From positions 38,998,001 through 39,062,000 of the forward strand of contig OX597834.1 of NCBI GenBank assembly GCA_951406725.2: a stretch of DNA of 64,000 nt, in the 5' to 3' direction. The number at the start of each line of letters is the position of its first letter. Position 1 is the first letter of the stretch. The DNA comes from Octopus vulgaris (lineage: Eukaryota). The notes under the pieces are model-generated. The model did no database searches and was not told the origin of the DNA. It was given only the letters and a program-made list of their open reading frames with translations. The position numbers were made by a program, and so were the translations under genes. Shown one piece after another: positions 45,913-61,544 of the stretch.

Positions 45913-46511
45913 ACACAAAAGCAAGGATTACATTTTAATTAAAAAGTTACAACTGTAAAAGTATGCAACACATTCCAGGGGATTAGTCTGTAACGAGCTG
46001 TTTTGTAAGAGGAGGAGGAGGAGGCAGGGAGCCAGGTCCATAGCCCTTTTTTTTCAAAGATTTTTTTCTTGTAGAATGTAGCTGCAAAGGAGGCAGTTAT
46101 ATTCTGAACATTAGAACTGGCCTCATTGTCGGCAAAAGAATCGCCAGATCTCCTTCAAATCGCGTGGATAATGTAATCCTAGATATTGTTATGCCTGGCA
46201 ATAAGCTGGAAGGGTTTTTTAATGGCTGCATCATCGTGGGTCACTGGCCTGTTTTAGTTAAAACTTGACCTCGAGCTAACCGCCACCTCCAACAAAGACA
46301 AAACCAACAACAGACGACAAAAGACGCTAGTTGCGTCTTTATATATATATATCAAGCGCCATTGCAAACCTATTTGTTCACGCCGGTTTGTTTGGCTGTG
46401 AACACATATACACGTGTGTGCATGGTTCATATATTGATGGGACTAGCGTACAGATAAACAAACAAACAAACACACACACACATAGATATTCATATATCGT
46501 TTATCTCCTAT

Positions 46512-46650
46512 TTGTTTCAGTTATTAGACTGTGACCATGCTGGGGCACCGACTTGAACTTTTAGTCGAATGAATGAATCGACCCCAGTACTTCTTTTTTT
46601 AAAGCCTGGTACTTATTTTATCGGTCACTATTGCCGAACCACTAAGTTAT
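46512..46650 (-). mobile_element. SINE family A, 3' half (minus strand)
   Basis: GTTTCAGTTATTAGACTGTGACCATGCTGGGGCACCG...GCCGAACCACTAAGTTA. Confidence 0.85.
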
Positions 46651-46652
46651 AT

Positions 46653-46822
46653 GGGTGCATGCATAGCTGTGTGGTAAAAAACTTGCTTCCCAACCACATG
46701 GTTCCGGGTTCAGTCCCACCTTGAACAAGTGCACCTTGAACAAGTGTCTTTTGCTGTAGCCTCAGGTCGATCAAAGCCTTGTGAGTCGATTTGGTTGATG
46801 GAAACTGAAAGAAGCCCGTCGC
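46653..46822 (+). mobile_element. SINE family A, 5' half
   Basis: Head, B-box, duplicated CACCTTGAACAAGTG and GAAACTGAAAGAAGCCCGTCG. Confidence 0.88.
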
Positions 46823-46869
46823 ATATATATATGTGTGTGCGTGTGTCTTTGTGTTTGTATATAAATATA

Positions 46870-47150
46870 TAAGGGCCAACCGGCTCTTCAATATCCTTCG
46901 AAAATGCCTGAGAGACTTGCAAGGTGTGGATGTAAGTGTCTTCGAAACAAAACAGGTTCTCCTCCTGTCAAGGGTTCCAGTTGAGCCAACTTCACGGCAA
47001 GGAACACAGACGAGGGCAGCAGCATCAAATTCCCTCATCCAAGAAATGTCACATATCAGATGAAGTTTTAAAAAATCCTGTAGCACAGTCGTCATCGGTG
47101 GTGCTCCAGCATGACCGCAGCTTTGGAGCTGAAACAAATTAAAGAATTAA
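46870..47150 (+). mobile_element. 3' end of a CR1/L2-group LINE (ORF2 C-terminus and 3' UTR)
   Basis: RLFNILRKCLRDLQGVDVSVFETKQVLLLSRVPVEP resembles the CR1/L2 ORF2 C-terminal pattern (R.WN.LP...FK..LD); followed by the tail shared with SINE family A. Confidence 0.8.
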
Positions 47151-47196
47151 CGAATTATATATGCAGATGTATGTACACATGTTCCATATATGTATG

Positions 47197-47258
<62 letters not shown>

Positions 47259-47262
47259 TATT

Positions 47263-47294
<32 letters not shown>

Positions 47295-47331
47295 TATGTA
47301 AGTATATATGTGTATATATGTATGTATGTAT

Positions 47332-47419
<88 letters not shown>

Positions 47420-47453
47420 GTATGTATATACATATATGTATATATATATAAAT

Positions 47454-47484
<31 letters not shown>

Positions 47485-47794
47485 ATGCGGAGTCTGAATT
47501 ACATAGTAAAGTTTGCTTTATATTAAAAACATATTTCACTTCAATTAAAAGGCTTAAATTTTAATTTCCCTCTAAGTTTTAATTCAGACTGGTGAAAGAT
47601 TGATGTTGTGCCAATAACTACATTATGTTTTAATATCTGCGATTGGATTCGCGGATTAATCCTGCCCAAGTTTCATTGAAATCTAAAAATATAATAAGTT
47701 CTACAGACACAGCGAATTATCTTAATTCTTTGCGGTTAGAATAGGAAAATGGAAAACTGAAATGAATAAAGAAAAAGCACTACAAATAATAAAT

Positions 47795-47827
47795 AAACGG
47801 TGATGATGATGAAGACGACGACCATGT

Positions 47828-47861
<34 letters not shown>

Positions 47862-48140
47862 GGTGAAAGTGATGACAATGATAGTGGTGGTGATGGTGTG
47901 ATGACGATGATGGTGTGATGGCGGTGTTGATGATGGTGATGATGATAATGATGCTGACGAAGACGATGATGGCGACAACCTCGACAATGACGACGATGAT
48001 GATGATGATATGATGCTGCCGATGATGATATGATGACGTTTCTGATGATGATGATGATGATGACTGTGATGATATTGATGATGATGAAAACGATGATGTC
48101 GACGATGACGATGATGATGATGATAATGACTGTGATGATG
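47795..48140. repeat. Degenerate (GAT)n microsatellite block
   Basis: Direct reading. Confidence 0.95.
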
Positions 48141-48549
48141 AAAATTTTTTTCCACACTGAGATTACACTCCAAAGATAAAGTAGTTCAGCCCCAGGAGGG
48201 GCTTTCAATTCAAAATCTTTCTAATATGATGGAATTTAATACCGAAAAACCATTAAAACCCAATGCACAAGAATTCATTGTCATTCTCCAAGCTAAAAAC
48301 TAAGAATCATTATCATCACCATTGTTTTTATTATCATCATTATCATTATCATTATTCCTATTATTATTATCATTATTATTATTAATATTATCATCATCAT
48401 CATCCACTCAGTCTCTGCAAAATTAATACCAGTCAAGTGTACACGATGTAAATGACTAATCCTTTCCTCCAAAATTGCAGGCCTTGTACCTATAGTAGAA
48501 AAAAATAATCATTATTATTACCTTATTACTATAGATATTGTTGTTGTTG

Positions 48550-48618
<69 letters not shown>

Positions 48619-49030
48619 ATATTATTATTATTATTGCTATTATTGCTATTATTATTGTTAGATAGGACGGTAGGTTGACGGGTTCTGTAGTGTGTCGGTC
48701 ACAATAGCCTTGTGGTACAGCTAGCCTTGAGGCATAAATAGCTTTGGATCAAAAAGTTCCGATTTCAATCCCCGTTCACACCAAACATACATTCTCTTCT
48801 TTCCAGTGTCGCTAAATAATAAATACAAATTAATTACCAGGGTAAATTAATTCCATTACTGCAATCACGACCCTCACAAAAAGAGGGGGAAAAAACCTGT
48901 GGAATATTTCATCGTTTCAAAAAAAGAAAAAAATTATATTCTACGTAGATACATACACAACAATCAAATTTAACAAATGTTGCTATCTCTCTGAATAATA
49001 ATAATGATGATCATAATAATAATAATAATG

Positions 49031-49088
<58 letters not shown>

Positions 49089-49155
49089 TGATCATAATAA
49101 TAATAATAAAAATAAAAATAATAATAATAACAATAATAATAATAATAATAATAAC

Positions 49156-49202
<47 letters not shown>

Positions 49203-50155
49203 CGTCTTTATTTGCCTCAGGGGCGAGAGATAAAGGGCAGCGTTAAAAGCACATGGTGATATGCATGTCAAATATAAGAAAAATCTGTGGGTTTACGACA
49301 TATATTACATGATATTAGTATATATATGTACATATATATATATATATATAATATAATATAATATATATATATGTGTGTGTGTGTGTGTATGTATATATGT
49401 ATATATATATATGTGTGTGTATGAGTATACATATATATATATTTGCACACATGCACACAGACACACACACGCCTATATTTATATATATACAAGCATAGAA
49501 TCAGGATGTTCGTATGTCGAGATGAAAAAATGTAGAGAGAGGATCCAAAGATCATAAAAATCATAACCTTTAATTTTATTCAATTACCAAAATATATATT
49601 TGATAAAAAGTAATAAAATGAATAAAAATGTCGAAACTATAAAAGGTATTAGCACAAATATGTGTGAATGCTTGCCTAGGTGTGTGTAAATGTGTGTGTG
49701 TATGTGTGTTTGTATATGTGTTTGTATGTGTGTGTGTAGCTTATGAAAAGTACGACTGTGTTTCAGAATAATCTTTTTACTTTCTATGATTTTTATGTTT
49801 ACTTGTTAGTGTTTTGTGCTTTCTATAAAACGACGCGACACCTACGTCTATCAAGGTATACAAATGTTACCGGATTTAGGGACATTACTGGTGCAAAATA
49901 AACATAAATGACAATTAAAGAAGTACAATCATATTTAAAAAAATTATAAAAAGGGAACATAATTGCGATTTATGACCATATAAAGCATATACACATTTTT
50001 TAACAGTTTCTAAATTTATAGTTTTGCACACTTCGTAAATAATACTACTAAAAAAATTATTAAATGATTTCGTTAATTTAATGTCTTTCAAATTGTAATA
50101 AATATAAATGTCTATCTAGGCATGTATTTATCTCTCTGTCTATTGATATATATAC

Positions 50156-50232
<77 letters not shown>

Positions 50233-50456
50233 TTATATATATATACATAAATATATACATATATTTATTATATCATATAATATTATATTTTATATATATA
50301 TATATATATTTATATATACATATGTGTGTGTGCTTGTGACAGTGTGTCCCAAAATATATATATACGCAAATATCTATATATATCTTTAAATATATATGCA
50401 TATGCATATATAACAAACGAAAGACAGAAGATGGAGTATAGGGGAATTTTTATGCA

Positions 50457-50531
<75 letters not shown>

Positions 50532-50733
50532 TTATACACGTATGAACATACGTGTATATATATGCATACAAAATACTGGATAAACCTCTTACACCCGGAT
50601 ATGTCTCCGTAAAACAATAACTCGCTATTTGAGTGGGCCATGATGTCCGAATCCTTATTGGAATTACTTCACCAGGTGTAATGGGTCAAATCTAGACCGC
50701 ATCCTATCAAAGTATCAACGTAAAGTATGTATA

Positions 50734-50780
<47 letters not shown>

Positions 50781-51030
50781 TAGTTACGCAATATAAATAT
50801 ATTGTATGAATTATGCATAAAAATAATGTACATCCTACAGACGTAGGAAATTCGAAGTCATTGATAGAGATTTGTTTTTAAAAGTAAATCTTTAAGTACA
50901 GTGTGTCGTGTGTGCATGCTTGTGTGTGTGTATGTGTGTGTGTGTTGTGTGTGATTATTTTGCTGATACAGAAATGTGTAAATATATTTGTATTTATGCA
51001 TGTGTATATGTGTGTATATATAAAGAGAGT

Positions 51031-51097
<67 letters not shown>

Positions 51098-51159
51098 GTG
51101 TGTATGCGTGTGTGTGCCTTTGTATTTATATCTATATCTATATCACACTCTCTTTATAT

Positions 51160-51234
<75 letters not shown>

Positions 51235-51559
51235 TATGCATATTGTGTCGGGGTGACAAAACAATTTCAAAAAATAATTTTAAATTATATAATTAAGGAA
51301 TAATTCTGATAATTGAATTTCATTAATAACTGCAGAGGAATAACGAATGTATAACAAAATTCTATAAAACAAAATGTAGGAAAAATTACAAAACTCAAAT
51401 TTATAAATAATGTAAGCATTTATATTTAGCACAAATGGCAATATTTGGCGATATTCATGAGTGAGTTGAGTTTATGAAAACATATTAAACAATTAGAAAT
51501 AAATGAAATATTAAATCAACACCAAAATGGGAAATATTCACAGAGCTAAACATAGAATA

Positions 51560-51595
<36 letters not shown>

Positions 51596-51802
51596 CATGC
51601 ATATATATATACATACATAAATATATACATACACAGAGACACACACACACACATATATATATATATAGATATATATATAGAATATATATATATATGTATA
51701 TATACATATATACAATGTACATATATATATGTATAGATACATAAATATACATATATATATATATAATATATATATATATATATTATATATATATATACAT
51801 AC

Positions 51803-51869
<67 letters not shown>

Positions 51870-51896
51870 AATATATATATGCGATATGTGCTTGTA

Positions 51897-51927
<31 letters not shown>

Positions 51928-52147
51928 GCATATGCGCATGTGTGTATGTATGTATGTGTGTGTGTGTGTGTGTGTGTAGAGCCTCTGTTTTCAAGTAGCA
52001 ATTTGTATCTTTATAATTTATTGCTCTCAAAATTAATTTTTTCCACATTTATTCCTGTCTGAGAAAAATGCATTGCACGGAAAAATATTTTCGCTGCACA
52101 GCCCCCCCCCCCCCATCATCCTTCGCACTTGCGGCAAATAAATGAAA

Positions 52148-52206
<59 letters not shown>

Positions 52207-52486
52207 GACGTGGTCAACCGTTATGGGAGTATATATTTATAAGAATATGTGTGTGTGTGTGTATGTGTGTGAGTGAGTGTGTGCGTGTGTGTGTACATGC
52301 ACATGCATATGCATAGATGAATATATATTCATCTTATACTCACACACACACAGACACACACACACACACAGACACACACACATATACTATAAAAGGATTC
52401 GACCATGCAATTACTACCATTTCCTGCGCAAATATATGTGTGTTTGTCTGGGTATGAGTATGTGGGCTTGCGGTATGTATGTCCAT

Positions 52487-52544
<58 letters not shown>

Positions 52545-52633
52545 GAGTGTAAGTAATTAGATACAAGTAATTACGCATACACACACACTCACATATATAC
52601 ATGTACATGTCTATATCTATATATCTATCTCTC

Positions 52634-52692
<59 letters not shown>

Positions 52693-52822
52693 GAGATTAA
52701 TCAGCCGAAATTGCGAGGATGATCCGGTTCTTGACTGAAGATCGAAGGCTTCGAATGTCCCGTCCGTGTTTTTTGTATCGTCTTCTAAATGTTTTACGTT
52801 CTTGTCCCAGTTTGTATTTTTT

Positions 52823-52938
<116 letters not shown>

Positions 52939-53274
52939 TATAACATAATTACATGTGTTTGTATGGAAGGGGTGCATTTGTGTGTGTGTCCGTTTGTGGT
53001 GTCGAAGAAAACTTTTTACAGTAAATTTCAACCCTTGGCTAAGTTGGCTTCGTTAAGACGGAAATTCTAATTAAAACTAAGCTTGGAATTCCCATTCAAT
53101 ATGTGTTGTTCAGAAGGATATATCTATCGAATTATAACCCCAGGTCTTTAGTATCACTAGGCCTAAACGAAATAATAAAATAATACATGGAGATATATGT
53201 ATATACATATATATTTACCTATGTATATATGTATATATATGTACATATATGTATCTATACATACACATATACAC

Positions 53275-53314
<40 letters not shown>

Positions 53315-53415
53315 TTTATAGAAGGAGCTTCTACAGGACTACAAATAAATTACTTTACTCTGCTATGTATTGAGTACCTTATTTACTGTGGTTTACCCAG
53401 ACTCAACCCGGGACC

Positions 53416-53496
<81 letters not shown>

Positions 53497-53781
53497 TTAC
53501 ACGATCAGAGAGAGAGAGAGAGAGAGAGGGATCGTGATTTGAGCCCATTCATATTGCATAATCTAGCTTCCTCCTCAATTCTTGAAAGGAAGTATATCTC
53601 CGCCGAATGTGATTCCATGCCTTTATCAAATGTCTGTGGTAATATTGATGCTAACCCAGACAACAAATATACCTGAATACCTGCAGCAAGAAGTGCCAAC
53701 CTTTTCCTGAGAGAAATCAATAGAACGACGACCGGATGGAACGCTTATCGTTTTATATGCATACATCTCTCTCTCTGTGTG

Positions 53782-53832
<51 letters not shown>

Positions 53833-54036
53833 GTATCTTAATACATTTATACCTCTAGAAATATATCTTCATGTATATAAGAATGGTTATGTATATATCT
53901 CCATAATACTATATATGATATAACCAAATGCATATATATATATATATACGAACGTGAAAATACACATACAACCATACATATACGCATGTATTTATGTACG
54001 CGTTTATGTATATATACACACACATGCATATATTTA

Positions 54037-54082
<46 letters not shown>

Positions 54083-54130
54083 GACATGTATATATACTTA
54101 TTTACTTGTATACATATATATACATGTACC

Positions 54131-54162
<32 letters not shown>

Positions 54163-54210
54163 CATATATATATACATATATATATGGACATATATATATA
54201 TATATATATA

Positions 54211-54246
<36 letters not shown>

Positions 54247-54555
54247 TGTGTGTGTCCCTAACTAAGGAACAAATTACGTGATACGACAAATGTTGCATTG
54301 TGCCATAAATAATGTCATTGTGCCATAAAAAAAACGACAGTGTGCCATTAATAGGGTGACTGCAGATTGCTATACAACGGAATTGTAATAGCATCAGAAA
54401 CCGTTGGATACAAAGTGTGTGTTCAATTGAGTCCAATTGGAAAATACGTTATTGATACGAATGCGTTTTATCTCATCACCTCTCTCTCTAAATAATAACT
54501 ATATATGGATGTGTACATATAAGTATATATATATATATATATATACATACAAATA

Positions 54556-54615
<60 letters not shown>

Positions 54616-54973
54616 TATATATACATGTATGTATATGTATGTTTGTATATATATATATATATATGTATATGTATGTGTATATATATATATATATGTATAT
54701 ATATATACATATACATATATATATGTATATATATTTGCATATATATATGCATATGTAAATATTTATTCATATATATATATATATATAAATATATATGTAT
54801 ATATATAAATGCATACATATATATATATATGTACGTGCACATTTATATATACATACATATATGTATACATATATGTATTTACATATATACACATAAATAT
54901 GTATATATATATAAATATATATAGATATATATGCATATTTGTATATGCCTATCTATCTATCTATCTATCTATC

Positions 54974-55027
<54 letters not shown>

Positions 55028-56123
55028 CATATGTATATATGTATATTTATATGAATGTGCACGTACGCATATATATATATGTATATGCATATGAATATCT
55101 ATATATATGTACATATATATATATGTGTATATATGTGTGTACGTATACATGTATGCATCAATGAATGTATACACACAAATATGTAGATATATGTATGTAC
55201 ATGTATAATTATGCATACACATAGGCACAGAACCCACACCCACACATATAAGTATGTATGCACATACACACATATTTTTGGTTACATATTGAAATGCATG
55301 TATGTGCAAAAATGTCTATTTAAACATCCATACATGTTATATATATACAGGTATATACTTTACGTCTGCAAGTGTTTATATATATATATATATATATGTA
55401 TTTATAATGCATATTTTATATATACTATATATGGCCGCAGCTCTGAGCTGAAACTGAAAAAAAAAAATTATAGGACATATTCTCTGTTTTTAGTACATAC
55501 ATACACATATATATATACCCACATATTTATATATATATACACACAAATACAATAGAAGAAATTAAGGACTGGTGTAGATTCATAAGATCAAAACGTAAAG
55601 GTGGTGCTCCAGCTTGACCGGAGTGTGATAAATGAAACAAGTAAAAGAATAAAAGGATATTTTATAAGATATTTTATATATATATTAGAACTTGGTGTGT
55701 CTAATTAGGTTCATTATGCTAATAAAAATTAAAATAAACACATGTTGTCTTTCAGTACCATTTAGAAAAATATTTTTCACAAAGTAACTATTCAATTGAC
55801 GGTTCAATGTGTCGATAGAACAGTCAATCGCTTGTCAATTTACTCCCTCAGAGAGTCCTTACGTCGCCATTGGCGACGTCATTAATGACATGCCCTCACT
55901 TTACTTTTATATAAATATATATATATAAATAATATATATATATATATAATATATATATATATATAAAAGTAAATATATGTATATATATATGCATATATAC
56001 ATATTACATACTTATGTAAATATATATATAAAATATATACATATATATGCATATGTATATATATACACATATATAATTATATACATATATATGTTTCGTT
56101 TTGGGATTTGGTTTGCAAGATTC

Positions 56124-56170
<47 letters not shown>

Positions 56171-56201
56171 GCATATCCATCTATATATCTATCTATCTAT
56201 C

Positions 56202-56232
<31 letters not shown>

Positions 56233-56255
56233 CCATATACATATATGTGTATATA

Positions 56256-56307
<52 letters not shown>

Positions 56308-56501
56308 ATTTAATTCTAAGTTTTGGAAAGAGAGTTAACTGCTTACAGTGCAGAGCCATGCAGACGTTTTCACACACATTAGTATATACTCTTTCCTGCA
56401 CATGCATTCACAGACATACACACTTCACATTTTTGAACAACTTATCTCTTCAATTTGCATATCCGTTAATAAACACATAAATATACATATATATTCTTTA
56501 T

Positions 56502-56537
<36 letters not shown>

Positions 56538-56661
56538 TCACACACATACTCACACACACTCTCACACACACATGCAATCAGACATACACGCACGTACACA
56601 TACTATTGCATATGCAAACACTTTAAGATAGACTCACTCCCGCATGTGTAAATATATATAT

Positions 56662-57060
56662 AGTGGCTGTGTGGTAAGTAGCTTGCTAACCAACCACATG
56701 GTTCCGGGTTCAGTCCCACTGCGTGGCATCTTGGGCAAGTGTCTTCTGCTATAGCCCCGGGCCGACCAATGCCTTGTGAGTGGATTTGGTAGACGGAAAC
56801 TGAAAGAAGCCTGTCGTATATATGTATATATATATATGTGTGTGTGTTTGTGTGTCTGTGTTTGTCCCCCTAGCATTGTTTGACAACTGATGCTGGTGTG
56901 TTTACGTCCCCGTCACTTAGCGGTTCGGCAAAAAGAGACCGATAGAATAAGTACTGGGCTTACAAAAAGAATAAGTCCCGGGGTCGATTTGCTCGACTAA
57001 AGGCGGTGCTCCAGCATGGCCGCAGTCAAATGACTGAAACAAGTAAAAGAGTAAAAGAGT
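56662..57060 (+). mobile_element. SINE family A, young copy nearly identical to the 16515 copy
   Basis: Shares the diagnostic variants GGCATCTT, GCCCCGG, CCTGTCG, GTCACTT and TACTGGGC with 16515. Confidence 0.95.
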
Positions 57061-57782
57061 ATATATATATATACTTGCACAAAAACTGATATGGAAGCGC
57101 GCACGCACACACATACACACACACACACATACACACACACATGTACACACATACACATGCTCATGCACATACATACTGATGCATACCCAAACACTCTAAG
57201 ATAGACTCCCCACATATATAAACATGCATATAGACACACTTAAGCAAAAAACCAATATTCACACATACATACATGCACACATACACACATGTACACATAA
57301 ACACATGCACACATGCAGATGCGTACATACAGATGCCTACACATTCATACATGCACACTTACACACATGCACATATACACACATACACATACACACACAT
57401 GCACACATGCACACATGCACATATACACACATACACATATACACACATGCACACATGCATATATACACACATGCACACACACATGCACACATACACACAT
57501 GCACATATACACATGCATACACACATACACATATACACACATGTACACATACACACATGCACACATACACATTCATGCATGCACACATACACACGTACAC
57601 ACATACACATACACACATGCACATACACACATACACACACATGCACACATGCACGCGTTCATAATCGTTTAATTCCTTATCGAATGCTTAAGAGATTTAC
57701 TCTTCTCCAAATTAAATCTTGTTTTTTGAATTTTGCTTCTTTGATTTTTGTATCAAAATATTCCGAGCTTTGAATGTATTAA

Positions 57783-58131
57783 GTCATCACCATCATCATC
57801 ATGATCAAAATCATCATCATCATCATCATCAGCAGCAGCATCAGCATCATCATCATCGTCATCATCATCTTCATCGTCGTCATCATCATTCGTCTTCATC
57901 ATCGTCATCATCATCATCATCGTCGTCGTCGTCGTCATCATCATCAACATCATCATCATCATAATCTTCGTTCTTTTCACTATCACCACTGCCACTATCA
58001 TCAACACAGCCACCACTCCCAGAACAACCACGCATCACCGCCACCGCCACCACCACCGCCACCACCATTACCATCATGATCATGATGATCATCATCATCA
58101 TAGTCATCATCACCATCATCATCACCATCAC

Positions 58132-58207
<76 letters not shown>

Positions 58208-58276
58208 GCCATCATCATCCGCCTCCTCCTCCTCCTGCTCTTTCTTCTTCTTCTTCTTCTTCTTCTTCTTCTTCTC

Positions 58277-58364
<88 letters not shown>

Positions 58365-58382
58365 CTTATTATTTATTATTTA

Positions 58383-58425
<43 letters not shown>

Positions 58426-58429
58426 CATT

Positions 58430-58461
<32 letters not shown>

Positions 58462-58465
58462 TTAT
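57783..58465. repeat. Compound triplet microsatellite block (CAT/CAC/CTT/ATT)
   Basis: Direct reading. Confidence 0.95.
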
Positions 58466-59117
58466 TACTTGTGTCTTTGACCAGAGCAAAATGTCGCCAT
58501 CGCACGTCGCACACACACACACACACACAGAGTCAAAAACCACTCACAAGACCTTCACGAACGAACACTAATGCTTTAAAAGTCAATGCTCAAGTTCCTC
58601 ATTGACCTTCTAGTTTTCTTTCGTACTTCAGACACATGCATTCTGCCCTTTAAAAAACGAAAAAAAAAACAAGAAAAGAAATCACTCCCCCCCCCCACAC
58701 ACAGAGACACACAGACGTTGCGTTATCGTATTTGACAAATTTCATTTAAAACCATTATTTAATGCATTTAATGAAGCCATCTTTGTTGTCGATATATCGT
58801 CGTTGTTAAAGTTTTATTTCGTTTTATTTTCTACCAATTAACCTTTAAATATCTTAGAATTTATTTCAAGTAAAAATTAAAAGTTTTGTTAGAAATGTGC
58901 TTTGTACTTGGAACTCTGTGTGTTCGTGTGTGTGTGTGTTATTTTTTCTTTTTAATATTTAAATTGATTTTGATAAAATATCTTTAAAAAAAATAAACTG
59001 GGGAAAAGCAAAAAAAAACAAAAAAAACTTTTACTTTTCAAGTATCATAGAATTAATTTGAAATGAATAAATATTATAAAACAAACCGTGTTCATATATA
59101 TATATATATGAACACGG

Positions 59118-59264
<147 letters not shown>

Positions 59265-59270
59265 CATATA

Positions 59271-59339
<69 letters not shown>

Positions 59340-59536
59340 GTATATATATATGGATATATATATATACATATATATATATACACACACACACGCACAAATA
59401 TGTATATACATACACACACACATATATATATTTATCGAGTAATATTTCGAGACCTTTGAAAATATTTAAATGTTACAGTTTTTAGATCTGAAAGAAGTCA
59501 CGTATATGTGTATGTGCATCTATGTGGATATGTATG

Positions 59537-59582
<46 letters not shown>

Positions 59583-59831
59583 CAGATGGAAACAATGCAC
59601 AGTTTAATTAAAATGCTAAACTCCAAAATATTTTCCGGGAAAATAATTAAATGCAAAAATTAAAATTAATTATATTTCTACTTCAAAATTTCAAGTTGTT
59701 AAAAACTCGAGGCAAAGGAAACATCTTGTCATCACTTGGGTGAACATTATTATTGATTCAGGAAATCCTCGGCTGAAGTCAATTCCTCACCGCTGGATCA
59801 CATCTTATCAACATACTATCACTTTCTCTCT

Positions 59832-59894
<63 letters not shown>

Positions 59895-59909
59895 GTATAT
59901 ATGTCTATA

Positions 59910-59953
<44 letters not shown>

Positions 59954-60012
59954 AATATATATATATGTATGTATATATATATATGTATATATAGATATGT
60001 ATAGACACACAC

Positions 60013-60059
<47 letters not shown>

Positions 60060-60198
60060 GTATATAAATATATGTGTATATATATATATATTTATTTATA
60101 CACACATCTGTCTGTCTGCTTCTCTCCTTCCATATATCCATCTAACTCTCTACCTATATCTATCTATCTATAACTGTGTACATACATACATACATACA

Positions 60199-60293
<95 letters not shown>

Positions 60294-61544
60294 AGAGAGA
60301 GAAAGAGAAATACGTGACAGAGAAGAGATCGAGAGAGAGGGAGAGAGAGAGGGAGAGAGAGATAACTGTATCTATTAATGCATGTGTAAAGCGTTTTAAA
60401 TGTACGCAAATACTTGAATTGTAAACGTATGTTCGTTAATTTGTAGTAATTTACGTATGTCATTAGGTAAGTATACTTAATTAAACATCATATATTTGTA
60501 TGTGTGAGTTCGTCTTAGAAAGAGGAAATACTCGAAATTATTTCTCCAATGTAATAATTAATTTACGTAATTTAGTATAATTACTTTAAATGCTTTTAAT
60601 TTTTAACCGAAAATATCGCCCGGAAAGAGGGAAAATTTAATAACTGTAATGGCAGATGATTTAGCAAAAATTAATTTGAACTGTTAGAACTTGGTGTGAA
60701 TACTTCTGACATTGATTGATGTTCGATGTGGTATATCTGGGTATTCTCCAACGTTTGTTGGTAATTTACACAAATAGGCACAGGCATGATTGTGTGGTAA
60801 GATATAAGGTAAATGTGTGGTAAGATAAAAGGTAAAGATATAAGGTAAATATGGAGGACGAGGAATAGGGAAGTTGTGGCTTCTATGCCTAAGCCATGGG
60901 TTATTATTAAGTTAGTGTTACAAATATTTTTTTAATTTTTAAGGACAAGAAACAGGGAACTGTGGCTTTCATGCCTAACCCTCAGATAATTTTATCATAA
61001 GCGATGTGAAATCTTTCAATAACGAATGTGGCTATTCCACTTATAAGAATCTTCTACCAAATTTCCCTGAAGACACATTCTAAATATAGTCTTAAAGAGA
61101 ATGAAGACCGTATTAGAAAAGGGAGTTCAAGATAGACGAAACCAATAAAAAAGAGTGATGTTTACAGGGAATTCCTTGGTCACGGGTCTACATGGATAAT
61201 CCTTACCCAGGGCTAAATAATAACAATAACATGCAAAAACCTTATTGACCCTCGAATATACAAATGAATGTAAATTTGAGACCCGTCCAAATAAAGGTTA
61301 ATATAAGCACATATAGGTAGAAGAGACGACTCTCGTTTACATAGCTGGCCCAAAATATTCAGTGTTGAAACCGGTGGTTTCGCATAATAGGTAAAGCCCC
61401 GCCTTTATAAATGCTTAACCTTGTGTCACACAAGGGCCTGCCTGTGTGTCTGACAGCGTGTCAGTCTATGTGTATCTCAGTTTCTTTCTCTATCTACTTC
61501 TCTCTCATTTTCTTTCTTTCTCTTTATATATACATATATATATA

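Noticed and set aside
50572-50700. Imperfect inverted ends CCTCTTACACCCGG / CCAGGTGTAATGGG suggesting a MITE
   Set aside because: Too degenerate, with no TSD to support a call
53530-53720. Non-repetitive minus-strand ORF (MISLRKRLALLAAG...)
   Set aside because: Short, non-ATG start, no recognisable motif or clear splice sites
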